From a virus (taxonomy: Duplodnaviria; Caudoviricetes), in IMG/VR virus record IMGVR_UViG_3300024040_000027, positions 1-59,216 of that record: 59,216 bases of DNA; one strand, 5' to 3'. Positions 35,468 to 47,000 of the stretch are shown one piece after another (positions within the stretch are counted from its first letter, which is position 1; every line of letters begins with the position of its first letter). Under the pieces are notes generated by a model. It was not told the DNA's origin and did no database searches. It saw only the letters and a list, made by a program, of their open reading frames with translations. A program made the translations under genes and the position numbers.

Positions 35468-36838
35468 ATGGCATCGGCACAGAAACTTCCCGTGATACCT
35501 GGCATTGATCTATCGGCGCTGGACGCCATTTCCGATCGCAATGTACGTGACGTGCTGCGGGCGTTGGTGGACGGCTGGCATGTGCGCAACGGTAGTGCCG
35601 GCAACGGCGAAAACCGTTTCGTGACCGCTGCCGAAGTCGGCCTGTCCAAGGGCCGCCCCACCATGCCGGCCGGCGGCGGGTACGGGAACAACGCATCGAA
35701 TCCCGGCAACACCACGATCCGGCCGGCAGATGTGGCCCGCATCATCAACGATCTTCAGGCTCAGGTGATCGAATCTCCGCTGTTCAAGGAATTGGGGCGG
35801 AGGGTCGATTTGATTGACCAACCGGGCGGCCTCATCGCCGGGCAGGCGGCTGAAAGCACCTTCCGTACCGGCAGCGATAACGCGCTGGCGGAGGCCGTCA
35901 ATAAGATATGGTCCTCAGTTGGCGACAATTCCGCCCTTGTCGAGGGTGGGTCGCAAGTCATTTCAAATTCGGCCGGCGCGGCAGCTTCACGCTGGAACCA
36001 GACCCAGGCGGCGATTAAAGACGAGGACGGGAACTATATTTCGTCCGCAGCTGTGCGGCAGACTGCATCCACGGCGGTCAACAAGCTTGGCGAGATCGAA
36101 CTGAAGTGGGTCGTCAATATGGACGGCGGCGGGCTGGCGACCGGGTTTCGGCAGGCTGGTTTTGGCATGATCGGTTCTGGCGCGGAGAGCGGCCCAACCT
36201 ACGCCTTTGGTGTGCGCGCGGATAATTTCTGGATTGCCAGCCCCGGCCAGGATGGCGTGGAGGCGCCGCCGCCTGATCAGGTGCCGTTCATCGTTCGCAC
36301 CACGGGTAGCACCATCAACGGCGTGTACGTGCCTGCCGGCACGTATATAAAAGACGCCTTTATTGGGACTATCACGGGGGAGAAAATCACCGCGAAGTCC
36401 ATTACAGCAGACCAGATTGCTGCCAATGCGATCACAGCCGGCATGATCCGGGCCGATACGATCGTCACCGACAACCTGGTGTCGGATGCGCTGACAGAGG
36501 CCGATGATTTCCCGTCCGGCGTAGTGCATGGCACAGCGTTTTCAGTAACGCGCACATCCAAGGTCATGCTGCTATTCAGCTTGCCGGGACCAGCCGGCGG
36601 CCAGTGGGACCAGTCGCGGCTATACAGCTGCGGCGTCCAGGGCGTGCGCGTGGCCAGCACGTTCACGGCGGGGCCGGCGACGACAATGGCGGTGTCAATG
36701 ACGCTGCCGCCCGGCACTTACTACATTCATTTCCAGGTGGCGGTCTGGCTTGAAGGTGAGTCAGGTGGGTCGTGGGGTTCATCGGTGAACATCACCACTC
36801 TGACCGGCTCGTGTTTCATCCTGAAGGTGAAGAAATGA
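35468..36838 (+). CDS. Tail tip/fibre protein (DUF1983-like segment)
   Basis: AGFGM...FGVRADNFWI...PFIV...GTYIKDAFI, ITADQI repeats. Confidence 0.75.
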   Translation: MASAQKLPVIPGIDLSALDAISDRNVRDVLRALVDGWHVRNGSAGNGENRFVTAAEVGLSKGRPTMPAGGGYGNNASNPGNTTIRPADVARIINDLQAQVIESPLFKELGRRVDLIDQPGGLIAGQAAESTFRTGSDNALAEAVNKIWSSVGDNSALVEGGSQVISNSAGAAASRWNQTQAAIKDEDGNYISSAAVRQTASTAVNKLGEIELKWVVNMDGGGLATGFRQAGFGMIGSGAESGPTYAFGVRADNFWIASPGQDGVEAPPPDQVPFIVRTTGSTINGVYVPAGTYIKDAFIGTITGEKITAKSITADQIAANAITAGMIRADTIVTDNLVSDALTEADDFPSGVVHGTAFSVTRTSKVMLLFSLPGPAGGQWDQSRLYSCGVQGVRVASTFTAGPATTMAVSMTLPPGTYYIHFQVAVWLEGESGGSWGSSVNITTLTGSCFILKVKK

Positions 36839-37194
36839 CACCGGTGACGATCTTCGACAACGACGGCCGCATCACGCTGGCGGCCGAAGTGTCTGATTCC
36901 ACACTGGCGCTGTACGAAATGATGTACGTCGGCCGCATCGTGACCGGCGCGATGGCCAACCCGCAGACCGAGTATATCGTCGACGGGAAAATCCAGCCAC
37001 GCCCGGGTAGCCCGGTCGCGTTGACTGGCGGCACGCTGGCCAACTTGCCGATGCCCTGCACGATCACGATCAATGGCACGGCTTATCCGTGCGAAGACGA
37101 TGGCGCTGAACTCGATCTGTTATACCCAGGCATTTACAAGATCAAGGTCTTCGCTTTCCCTTATCTGGATGCCGAATTCGAGGTGACGATATGA
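36835..37194 (+). CDS. Tail-associated hypothetical protein
   Basis: ATGA overlap; YIVDGKIQPRP. Confidence 0.7.
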   Translation: MTPVTIFDNDGRITLAAEVSDSTLALYEMMYVGRIVTGAMANPQTEYIVDGKIQPRPGSPVALTGGTLANLPMPCTITINGTAYPCEDDGAELDLLYPGIYKIKVFAFPYLDAEFEVTI

Positions 37195-37361
37195 AGATCA
37201 CGCACGTTGAAGATTATCGCGTCCTTCGTGAGGCGGCCTATCCGCCGCTGACCGACCTGGCTGATGCGCTGTACTGGCAGGCGCAGGGGGACGATTCCAA
37301 GATGGCCGCGTATCTGGCCGCCTGCGCTGCGGTCAAGGAGCGGTTTCCGAAGTCACAATAA
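37191..37361 (+). CDS. Small tail-fibre chaperone-like protein (56 aa)
   Basis: Manual translation: MKITHVEDYRVLREAAYPPLTDLADALYW...AVKERFPK. Confidence 0.75.
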   Translation: MKITHVEDYRVLREAAYPPLTDLADALYWQAQGDDSKMAAYLAACAAVKERFPKSQ

Positions 37362-37483
37362 ATATTCCGAAAAGCGCCCAAGTTTCTTTGTTGGCGCCCA
37401 TAGAATTCTGCGCATCAGGTCATTGGAATCGATGCCATGCGCTGCCTCATTGCCACCTCGGCGGACCACTTCACAGTAAGCAC

Positions 37484-37963
37484 ATGACGGACGCGGCCAG
37501 CACATGGGATTCAGCGCCATGGCGGCGCGTGCGTGACGCCAACCTGCTGCGCTGGATGCTCGGGAACGATGACGCGGTGAAAACCATCGTCATGCTCTCC
37601 GCGATCTCGGAGACGTGGGATGCCCTGATTGATGGGGACGCCGTAACCAGTGATGAAGTTCATGGGGCATTTATTTCCGCCACGATCAGCCTGAACCTGA
37701 ATCCATTCTATAAGCAGTGGGAGCCGATGATTACGGGCGCTGCACTGGCCGGCCTCAATGCCTGGATGGACTCGATCGCTTTGGAAAAAAGCGAATCCAT
37801 CCCGGAGCGGATGCAGGCGTTCTACATCCGAAACTATATCTACGAATTGGTGAATGTTTGCGCCTTCGCCGTTGGCGGGTGGGCGCACATGCGTAGCGTG
37901 AGCCAGGAAATGCGTGCGTTCTTCACTCACGAAACATATTCTCAGTGGGAGCATGCGAAATGA
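37484..37963 (+). CDS. Helical protein with degenerate isoprenoid-synthase-like acidic motif
   Basis: WDALIDGD...LNPFY; precedes ejection genes. Confidence 0.65.
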   Translation: MTDAASTWDSAPWRRVRDANLLRWMLGNDDAVKTIVMLSAISETWDALIDGDAVTSDEVHGAFISATISLNLNPFYKQWEPMITGAALAGLNAWMDSIALEKSESIPERMQAFYIRNYIYELVNVCAFAVGGWAHMRSVSQEMRAFFTHETYSQWEHAK

Positions 37964-39384
37964 TGTCGATCATCAAATGGTTCTTGCAACCGATATTGCC
38001 GCTGTATTTCGGCGGCGGAAGCAGTCCTGACACTTCGGGGCAGAACGAGGCGGCGCGAGTCAATGCCGAGATCGCTCGGGAAATGTGGGATGAGTACAGG
38101 GGAACGTACTTGCCCATGGAGCGGCAGTTTGCCGCCGATGCTGCAAATTACGCATCCCCGGAACGCTATGCGAAAGAAGCGGGCAAGGCGCAGGCCGAGG
38201 TATCGGAGCAATTCGGGAAGGCGCGCGACCGGTTGACGCGCACGCCGGGCTTGGACCCGTCCAGTGCCGCCGCTACGGCCGGCTACCAAAAAATGGACAT
38301 GGCAGAGGCCGCAGCCGGTGCCGTTGCACAGAACAAGGCTCGGAACTACGTGGAAGAAATGGGCCATGCGCGCCTGCAGGATGCCATTTCCATCGGCAAG
38401 GGGATGCCTGGAACCGCATCGCAAGCAACGGCGGCGGCAGGGAACGCCTATGGGCAGATCGCCGGGCAGCAGGCACAGTACAACCAGCAGCAATCAAACG
38501 ACATGTCCAACCTGGTCGGCGGCGGGATCGCTGCGGCCCGGCTCTACAAAGACTTCGGCGGCAGCTTCAAGGATGGCGGCCCCATCAAGCGAAAGCCGAT
38601 TTTCTTGGCTGTCGGCGGCTTCGTCGGCAATCCGCGCATGCGGCAAGTGATGGAGAACAACGCTGCCAGCGCCTCCGTTCCGCAGCCCTCAGGTGGTGGC
38701 GACAACACCATATCGAATGGTATCCAAGCCATCAAGACCGGCAAAAAAATGTATGACGGCGCAATGGCCGGGGTGGCTGGCGAGGGAGTTGCTGGCGGCA
38801 TCGCCGGTGGCACTGGCGTCACGGCCGGCGCGGGCGCGGCAGAGGCGCTCGGATCGGGGATCGGCGCGAGCACGGCTGGCACTGCAGGTGGGGTCGTTGG
38901 CGGCACGGGATTGACCGCTGGCACTGGCGCTGCCGGCGCGCTTGGCACTGGCACAGCGGGTGCTGGATTGGCCGGCGGTGTGGCTGGCGGGACAGGACTC
39001 GTGGCTGGGACCGGCGCGGCTTCCACGCTCGGTGCGGGCGCGGCGGCAACTGCGGGTGCGGCTGGTGCGGCAAGCGCCGCAGCGCCGACCTTGGCTGCGG
39101 CCGGCCCGGTCGGTTGGGCGATTGGTGCTGGTCTGCTTGCAGCCAGCCTGTTTGCCGATGGCGGCGAAATCAAGAGCGGGCCGGATGACATCGATGGAAG
39201 GGCAAACGGTCTGGATGGCGGGATGGTATCCGGCCCTGGTGGCCCGCGTGATGATTTGGTGCCGATCATGGGATCGGATGGCGAATTCATGATCAATGCA
39301 AAGGCGGTCAACATCATTGGCAGGAAAAAGCTGATCGAGATGAACAACTTGGGCCTGCCAAAGCACAAACGGAGTAAGGCATGA
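37960..39384 (+). CDS. Internal virion/ejection protein with glycine-zipper region
   Basis: GGGSSP N-terminus, Gly/Ala/Thr repeats, GPGGPRDDLVP...SDGEFMI motif. Confidence 0.75.
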   Translation: MMSIIKWFLQPILPLYFGGGSSPDTSGQNEAARVNAEIAREMWDEYRGTYLPMERQFAADAANYASPERYAKEAGKAQAEVSEQFGKARDRLTRTPGLDPSSAAATAGYQKMDMAEAAAGAVAQNKARNYVEEMGHARLQDAISIGKGMPGTASQATAAAGNAYGQIAGQQAQYNQQQSNDMSNLVGGGIAAARLYKDFGGSFKDGGPIKRKPIFLAVGGFVGNPRMRQVMENNAASASVPQPSGGGDNTISNGIQAIKTGKKMYDGAMAGVAGEGVAGGIAGGTGVTAGAGAAEALGSGIGASTAGTAGGVVGGTGLTAGTGAAGALGTGTAGAGLAGGVAGGTGLVAGTGAASTLGAGAAATAGAAGAASAAAPTLAAAGPVGWAIGAGLLAASLFADGGEIKSGPDDIDGRANGLDGGMVSGPGGPRDDLVPIMGSDGEFMINAKAVNIIGRKKLIEMNNLGLPKHKRSKA

Positions 39385-41033
39385 ACCTACTTGGAGCATT
39401 GGGCGGCGTTGGCAAGGGCGTGATGGTCGGCGCGGAAGAGCTTCGCCGTCAGGACGAGGCCGATCGGCGCAAGGAATTGGCGCGGCAGCAGCAAGAGGCG
39501 TATGCCCAGCAAAAGGCATCGGATGAAGCCTACTCCGAGGCACGTAAAGCCATCGGCACACGCAAGCTGGATACGGCGGCGCCGAACTATGCGGCGACCA
39601 ATGACGCCGCTCTGGAATTGGCGCAGCAGGCTCCGTATGGCGCCAACGGCGTTGAATTCGACCCGAACAACGAAGCTCACGCCAGCTATGCCAAGTTTCT
39701 GACCGGTGCCAGCCAGGCGATTCCTCAGACCAAGGCAGTCTCGGCGGCCGATGCGGAGCGCAACTTTGCGGCCAGCCCGCAGGCCACGGCGAGGGATGCG
39801 CGCGCCGCCACCGATCGTGCGTATGCACTGGATGCCGCCAGCGCAGCCGAAATCGACCGCAAGACAAAGGCCGATATCACTGCTGTGCAAACTGGCACGA
39901 TGAAGCTGATACGGCTCAGAGAGATCGGCTTGCTTTCCGACGATGAGGCCATCAAGCAGCTGCAGGAATTGTCACGGGTGATCCCGAATGGCTACGAGCT
40001 GGTGGATGGCGTGGACGAGAACGGCACGCGGACGCTGACCTATGGAGGGAATGGCGTTACGCAATTCTCTGTTCCGCGCACCAAAAAATCTATCGACGAC
40101 ATGCTGCAGGGTGTTCTGGACAACAGCAGCGTCGAAATGATGTCAGCAGCACTCAAGCGCAAGCATGAGGCTGACGTTCTGGCGGAAACGACTCGGCACA
40201 ATCAGGCGGTTGAGGCCGTGCAGGCGAAAAATGCCGATACCAATGAAGCGTATCGGCGCGATATGGCTGGAGCCGCCGCGCTGAGGGCCGGTGGAGTCCG
40301 TGGCGCAGGCAATGCCAAGGAACTGGCGGCGGAGGTAAAGACCAATGCGCAGCTCTATTCGTACACGCCGCTGAATGGCGAAAAGCCGATTGAGCACATT
40401 GCGGCAAAGTCGCTGTACTCCAACATGATCAAAAACCCGAAGATCGGGCCGGAGCAGGCGTACAGCGTGATGGCGCAAATCAAGGACGAAGCGGAAAAGC
40501 AATCCGTCGACCCCAAGACCGGCGCAGTCGATCCGATCAAGTTCCTGCCTATATTCGACGGCATGGTGAAGCGGGCGGATGACGCCATGCGCAAAAGCCA
40601 GCAAACCGCGAAGCCATCTGCAGCTGCCAAGCCTCCATCCGCGACTTCGGCTCCCGCTACCTCCCAGGTTCCGGCAGCCGCCGAAAGGAAAGCTATTCCG
40701 GCACCTGGCGGCGTGCGCCCGCCCAGCGCTCAGCAGGTGGCCATGAATGCTCCACCTCCAAATATCGGCGGCGTATCGACTGCCGAGAGAGATAGGCGGA
40801 TTGCGTTGATGAACACGTTGAGCGGCACATCTACGAAGCGGCACCAGGAAGGCATTGCGAGGCGCGATGCGGATGTTGCTGCCAATTTCGATTCGATGCT
40901 TGCCAACATCAGGCGAGGCATGACGCGCGCCGAGGCGCTAAAAACGCTTGCGTGGTTCGAGGATAACAATGGCTCGCTATCCAATCAGCAGCGCAAGCAA
41001 TTGAGGGATGCGCGACGCGCAGCTGGCTTGTAG
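39381..41033 (+). CDS. Internal virion/ejection protein
   Basis: GALGGVGKG N-terminus, ETTRHN motif, Ala/Gln-rich. Confidence 0.7.
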   Translation: MNLLGALGGVGKGVMVGAEELRRQDEADRRKELARQQQEAYAQQKASDEAYSEARKAIGTRKLDTAAPNYAATNDAALELAQQAPYGANGVEFDPNNEAHASYAKFLTGASQAIPQTKAVSAADAERNFAASPQATARDARAATDRAYALDAASAAEIDRKTKADITAVQTGTMKLIRLREIGLLSDDEAIKQLQELSRVIPNGYELVDGVDENGTRTLTYGGNGVTQFSVPRTKKSIDDMLQGVLDNSSVEMMSAALKRKHEADVLAETTRHNQAVEAVQAKNADTNEAYRRDMAGAAALRAGGVRGAGNAKELAAEVKTNAQLYSYTPLNGEKPIEHIAAKSLYSNMIKNPKIGPEQAYSVMAQIKDEAEKQSVDPKTGAVDPIKFLPIFDGMVKRADDAMRKSQQTAKPSAAAKPPSATSAPATSQVPAAAERKAIPAPGGVRPPSAQQVAMNAPPPNIGGVSTAERDRRIALMNTLSGTSTKRHQEGIARRDADVAANFDSMLANIRRGMTRAEALKTLAWFEDNNGSLSNQQRKQLRDARRAAGL

Positions 41034-41079
41034 CCGGAATCTGCCGACCGACAAAAATCACAAAAAACAAGGATCCTGA

Positions 41080-44000
41080 ATGCCCGCATTAGACCAACTG
41101 AATACCCTTCTGTCCGCTCCAGACCCCACTCCGGGTTCCGAGCTTGACCGCGGGGGTGTGCTAGAACAGGCGCTCAAGCTGGAGGGCGTTGACGGTCAAT
41201 TGGCGGATGTCGCCCGCAGCGTGTACCAGCAAGAGTCCGACAGTGGCCGCAATGCCAAGACTTCCAATGCTGGCGCTCGTGGCGGCATGCAGATTCTGCC
41301 GGCCACGTTCAACGAGGTGGCGGACAAAGGCTGGAATATTGATGACCCTCTGCAAAACGCACGCTCCGGTATCCGCTATCTGAAGCAGCGATACGAGCAG
41401 GCTGGCGGCGATCCGGTATTGGCCGCTGCTGGCTACTACGGTGGTCCTGCTGGACTGGAAAAGGCCCGGCGCGGGATCGCAACGGCGGATCCGCGCAACC
41501 CGAGTGCCCCGAATACGCTGCAGTACGGGCAGCAAGTGGCGGCCCGGCTTGGTGGCGCGAGCGCGCCGCAGGATGAGGAAGGGAATACCGCCTATGTCGA
41601 TGGCATTCTGAATGCCGCATTGTCATACAAGGCGCCCGAGCCAGAAAAACCAGCTGTCGGCGTCATGCGGACTATAGGCGACACTGGGATTAAGGTTGCG
41701 CAGGGTGTAGTCGACCTTGGCGCGTCGGCGGTTGGACTTGGCAGCCTTGCCACAGGCGGCAAGATTGGCGAAGGCATGCGCGCGCTCGGCTACGACCCCA
41801 AACGCACCAATGAAATTCTCGGCGAATACCTGAGCGACAGCCAGAAAGCGTCTGATGCAAAGGTTGCGGAGGCCGACGGCTTTGTCGATGCGATTGTGGC
41901 TGGCGTCGAGAACCCGCGTTCGATTTTGGGCGGCATCGCGCAATCGTTGCCCGGCATGCTGATGGGCATGGGTGTGTCCGCCGCGCTGGCCAGCAAAGTC
42001 GCCGCCAAGGCCGCGCTGGCTACCGTGGAGGGCCGTGCAGCGGCTCAAGCGGCGCTGGCAGCCGGAAAATCGGCGTCGCAGGCAGCAGAGGCGGCTGTGG
42101 CCACGACCGCAGGGCGCACGGCGGCAACGGCTGCGATCGAGTCTGGCGGGACCAAGTTTCTGGCGGCTGGTGCGGCGACCGAGGGCGCGCAAAGTGCCGG
42201 GCAAATTGCCGACGACGCGCAGGCGTCTGGGCGAAAGTATGGCGACTATGCGCTTCCGGCGCTGGCAGCCGGCGCTGGAACTGCGGCGATCGGCTTTGGC
42301 GCCGGGAAGTTGATGGGCGACGCCGCCACCGAGATCGCGACCGGCGCCAAGTCGGCCGGCGTCAAGGGCGGGATGGCGGCGCGTGCTGGTAAGGAGTTCC
42401 TCAGCGAGGGCGTGCTGGAAGAAATGCCGCAATCGGCTCAGGAGCAATTTTTCACCAACATTGCTCAGGGCGAGGATGACCTGGGCAAAGGAGTTGGCAA
42501 TGCAGCAGGCACCGGCCTGCTGGTCGGGGGCGTCCAAGGCGCTGGCATGGGCGCGCTGCAGCGCCGCCATACGCCGACGGTAGTTCCTGACACTGGCGTG
42601 TTGTCGCGCGCGGCCAATGCGGGGCAACAGGCTGTGGCCGACAAACTCAACGCGCAGCCGGAGGTTGATCCTGGCGCGCCGCTGCCGTTTGAAAAAGTAC
42701 CGATCACGCCTCCGGCACCGGCCGGGCTGTCGCTGGAGCAGCCGGCAGAGCGCGATCCGAACAGCATCGACTTCACGCCGGAAACCGCTGCGCCATCCGC
42801 CGTGGGGCTGGAAAACCTGCAGCGTTATGGCTCAAGCGGGTTTGTCTCCAATGACCTTGACGCCCTGCGGCAATATGTCCTTCGCCACAAAGAGGGCGGT
42901 CATGACTTTTCGATCATCCCGCATGTCAATGGTGGCTATACCGTTGCGCCGACCGATCGCCTGACGCCGTTCGTGCTGGATGCTGTGCGGCATTTGCAGC
43001 CGGATGCCGCCGCGCAAGATGCGCAAACCGGCACGCCGGCACGCAGTGCCGAGCAGAGCGCACTGGCAGAGCAGGAAATCCGCCGCAGCATGTCGGCTCC
43101 GACCGGTATTGGGGAGTTGGGGCAGTTGGAGCCGGAGCGACAGGAACAGGTGCCGCAGAAAACCGAATCGAACTTTGCCAAGGTAGACGAGGCGATTGCG
43201 GCCGGCTACAAACTACACGGCAAGGTTTTGGTCAGCCCGAACGGCAAGCCATACCGCCTGAATCAGGAAGAACTGGCCTATTTCAAAAAGGCAGAGCAGG
43301 CGGCCGCGACCAATGCTGCCGCCCGTGCTGCCGCCGAATCGGTCCCGGCGGCACCCGCCGTATCCGCACCGATGGATGCGGAGCCGGAGTTCACGACGAC
43401 AAAAGACCTATACGGCAAAACCGTAACGGTTCGCACGGCGGACCTGAGCGGAAACCGGAATAGCCTGCAGCTGTATTCCAAGGCGGGGAAGCAGATTCCC
43501 GGCAGAATCGCCCGTGAAAACCTCGACCCGACCGGCGAGAAGCTGGCGGCCAACAATGCGGCAAATGCGAACAATCCGTTTCTGAACGTCATCACGACCA
43601 AGGACGGGAGGGCGTTCAAAAGCAAGATCGTCGCCGGCCGCGAGATGAACCGGCGCGGTTTGTCCGCCACGCATGAAGTGGTGCCTGCGTCCGAGGTGTC
43701 GCCGAATGCCAGCGGGTATGTGGTGCGGCGCATGAGCGCCAAGACGCTGGGGGAGCAGATCGATTCCGCTGCGCACGAGGCCGCCACCAGTCCGCAAAAC
43801 GACATTCCAGAGCCGACCGATGCGCAGAAGGAGGCCGGCAATTACAAGGTCGGCCGCATCAAGCTGCATGGTCTGGATATCTCGATCGAAAATCCCGCAG
43901 GATCCGTGCGCTCTGGCGTCGATCGCGACGGCACGCCGTGGGAAAACGAGATGCAGCACCACTATGGCTACATCCGGGGGACGGTCGGGGCGGACAAGGA

Positions 44001-47000
44001 TCACATCGATACTTTCATCGGCCCGAATCACGAGAGCGACAAGGTATTCGTGGTCGATCAGGTGCATCCGGACAGCGGCAAGTTCGACGAGCATAAGATA
44101 GTTCTTGGCGCAAATAATTTAAGCGAAGCCAAGGAAATTTATGCCGCGAATTACGCTGTAAATTGGCGCGGCGGAAAAAGTATTAGCGAATTAAGTATCG
44201 ATGACTTCAAGAAATGGCTTAAAAGCGGCAACACGAAAAAAGCATTTTCAAGCGTCGATAACTCCGTTTTTAACAAAGGCTTTTCTAATACTTGGGGCGC
44301 TGACACCAAGGGATCGACCAATGCTCAGCATGGACTCTCCAGCCCTGTAAAGGATGACGGCTTTATCAAAGTCCCACTTGGTAGTGCCGTGTCTGAGATC
44401 GGTCGTGGGAATTCCTCTGGCGGCGAATCCGTTTCTGATGGCGGCGTAAGTAACTCCAAATTTGGCGGCGATTCTGTCAAAACTCCAGCCGGAGTTTCTG
44501 AGCAAAATGGCCTCGTCGAGGCTCCACTTCAGTCCAGAAAGATGGATGGCGACATGCTCCCGCTGGGTCATGATCGCAAGGTTTTCGATGGCGTTGTTAA
44601 GCCCATTCCCGTCGATGTGGTGAACAACCTCGGACCTGGTAAGCGGCCTTCCGATGTGAGCCTCCATGACAACCCTGTGCTCAAACCTTTGCCTTCTGAC
44701 GCCATTGACGGAAACACTGATAAGCCGGTAGGAAGTCCCGTGGGCGGGGAAGGTCCTGACGTGACCTCCAGTAGAGGGTCTAGCCATAGTAGCCCCATCG
44801 AATTAAAACCCAATGATACCACTGATGCATCTATTTCAGGTGGTTCATTACGCGATGAAAAAGATGCGACCCAAATCCCACCCGGACTGGCCAAGGCTCG
44901 TGCATTGCGCGACAGGAAAAAGGCGGAACAGTTCGTTGCCGCTCCAGATGGATCGCTTCAGTTCGGCGAGATAACCCAGGACGTGGCTCAAAAAGCCAAG
45001 CGCCAGGCCGGAGAGATTCGCCTACAGCAGGGCAATGCCGAGTTTGGCCTGATCCATATCGAGCAGCGCCACGGCGATCAAATCAGGGCCGCTGGGTTTG
45101 AAAGCGTTCCGGAATTCTTGGCGCATGCGCTGAACCACATTGACAGCATTTGGCAGCCGAACAAAACGTCACAGTTAGTGGCGATTCAAGTCGAGAATGG
45201 GCGGTCTGCCGTCTTTGTGCAGTTGAAACCATCTGAGGATGGAGATTTCTACACAATCAATACGGCATTTCCTGCCGGCAAGGACTACGCGGAGAAAAGG
45301 AAGGGGTGGAAAGAGCTTTGGAGCAGGGTTCCCGTTCCCGCTGAGGCGTCCGGCGCGCCATCCCATTTCGCTGAACCTGCCCAAGATGCCGGAAAGCAGG
45401 CCACGATGGAATCAGGCCAAAGCAAGGGAGATGATACGCTCTCGGCAGGGGAAGGCAAATTTTCTCAAGGTTTGGCTGCGGGCCAGAGCGATTTGCTTGC
45501 GTCGTCGCCAGAGCAGAAAAGCAGCGTGGACGTGCCTGCCGCCGTTCCTCCAGGTTTGGCAAAAGCCCGCGCATTGCGCGATCAGAAGCGTGCCGAGCAG
45601 TTCGTGCCCGCCCCGGACGGATCGCTGAATTTCGGCGAAATTACGCCTGAAATAGCTAAGCAAGCGAAGCGTCAAGCCGGGAAAATCAGGCTGCAGCAAG
45701 GCGTCCAAAATCCGGATGGTACTGGATACGGGCGGGTACACATTGAGGCAAACCACGGGAAAGAAATTCTAGCGGCCGGATTTTCTGGAGTGGAGGATTT
45801 TGTCGCCAGCGTTGCCAGGAATTTTAATCAGGTGTGGCAGGCAACCAAAACACGACAACTTTTAGTTGCTGTGCGAGGCTCACGACAAGATGTCATGTTT
45901 GTTCAGTTGGAGCCGATGGAAGGCGGCGACTACTATCGCGTGAATTCAGCCTTCCCGGCACAAGCGGCGTATTTCGGGAGGCAAGAGAGAAAGGGAATCA
46001 AGAAACTCTGGGATGGGAGCGAACCCGCATCCGTTGTCACTGGACAACAACCCGCATACGCTGCTGAAACACCTGATAGCACGTCCAGTCAGGGCAGCCC
46101 CACCGCTCGCGGCCAGAGTGGCCACAGTGTAGCAGAGGCTGCCAAGGTAGAGAAGCCGCTTTCCGCATCCATCGGGCCCAATGGCGCACCTGAAAAAACA
46201 GGAACTCTTAATCCCAGAGAACAAAGCGGCGAATCAAGTGTAGCACCGGAGGATGAGAAAGGTGCCGAAAATGCCGAATTGGAAAATGCACTGGCGCACC
46301 TTGGCGACGTGCTGGGCGATGTATTTGGCGCCAAACTGAACGCCACCGGCCAGCAGCACACGGCAGGCGCATTGCTGCCGGCACTGTCGAGGGTGATTGA
46401 GCTTCTGGTGAAGAAGGGCGCCCGCTCTTTCCGTGACGCGCTTACCGAGTCGGTCAAAGCGATGCGGGGGAATGCCGCGGTTGCGCCGCATCTGGACGCG
46501 ATCAGCGCGCGCCAGTGGAAGGCCGCCTACAACGCGATTGCCGATTTCCATGATGGCACCGATAGCGAGGAAACCGTAGCGGCCATCAGCGCGGATGACG
46601 TGCGCGATATGGTCGCTTCGGCAGCAGGCCAGTCGCAAGAAAAGAACGGTACGCAGGAGGGAGAAAAGACCGACGAGCCGGAGCCGAAAACTGAGGTGGC
46701 AGAGGTTGGCGTTCGTGACCAGGACGTAGGCACTGTCGAAGATATTGGCCGAAGGAGTTATGCCAGCGGCTCGCCTCGCGTGGCGCCCGGCGGGCTTTCC
46801 GGGAGTAATCAGAAGAAATGGTACTCCGGATACGACAGCGCCAAGCAGGAAGCAGCGGGGAAGGCCAGCGAAAATCCGGAGAACAGCGCCGCGCCTGAAC
46901 ATGTCGCCGCCAGAGCAGACAGCCGCGATCAGGCTGAGCGCGAGATTACGCGCCAGCTCAATGAGCAGTGGAGCGCGCAGACCGGCAGCGGATTCGCCAT

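Noticed and set aside
44248-44787. Group I intron or intein housing the HNH
   Set aside because: HNH is antisense, host frame stays open, and no intein termini or intron core were recognised by eye
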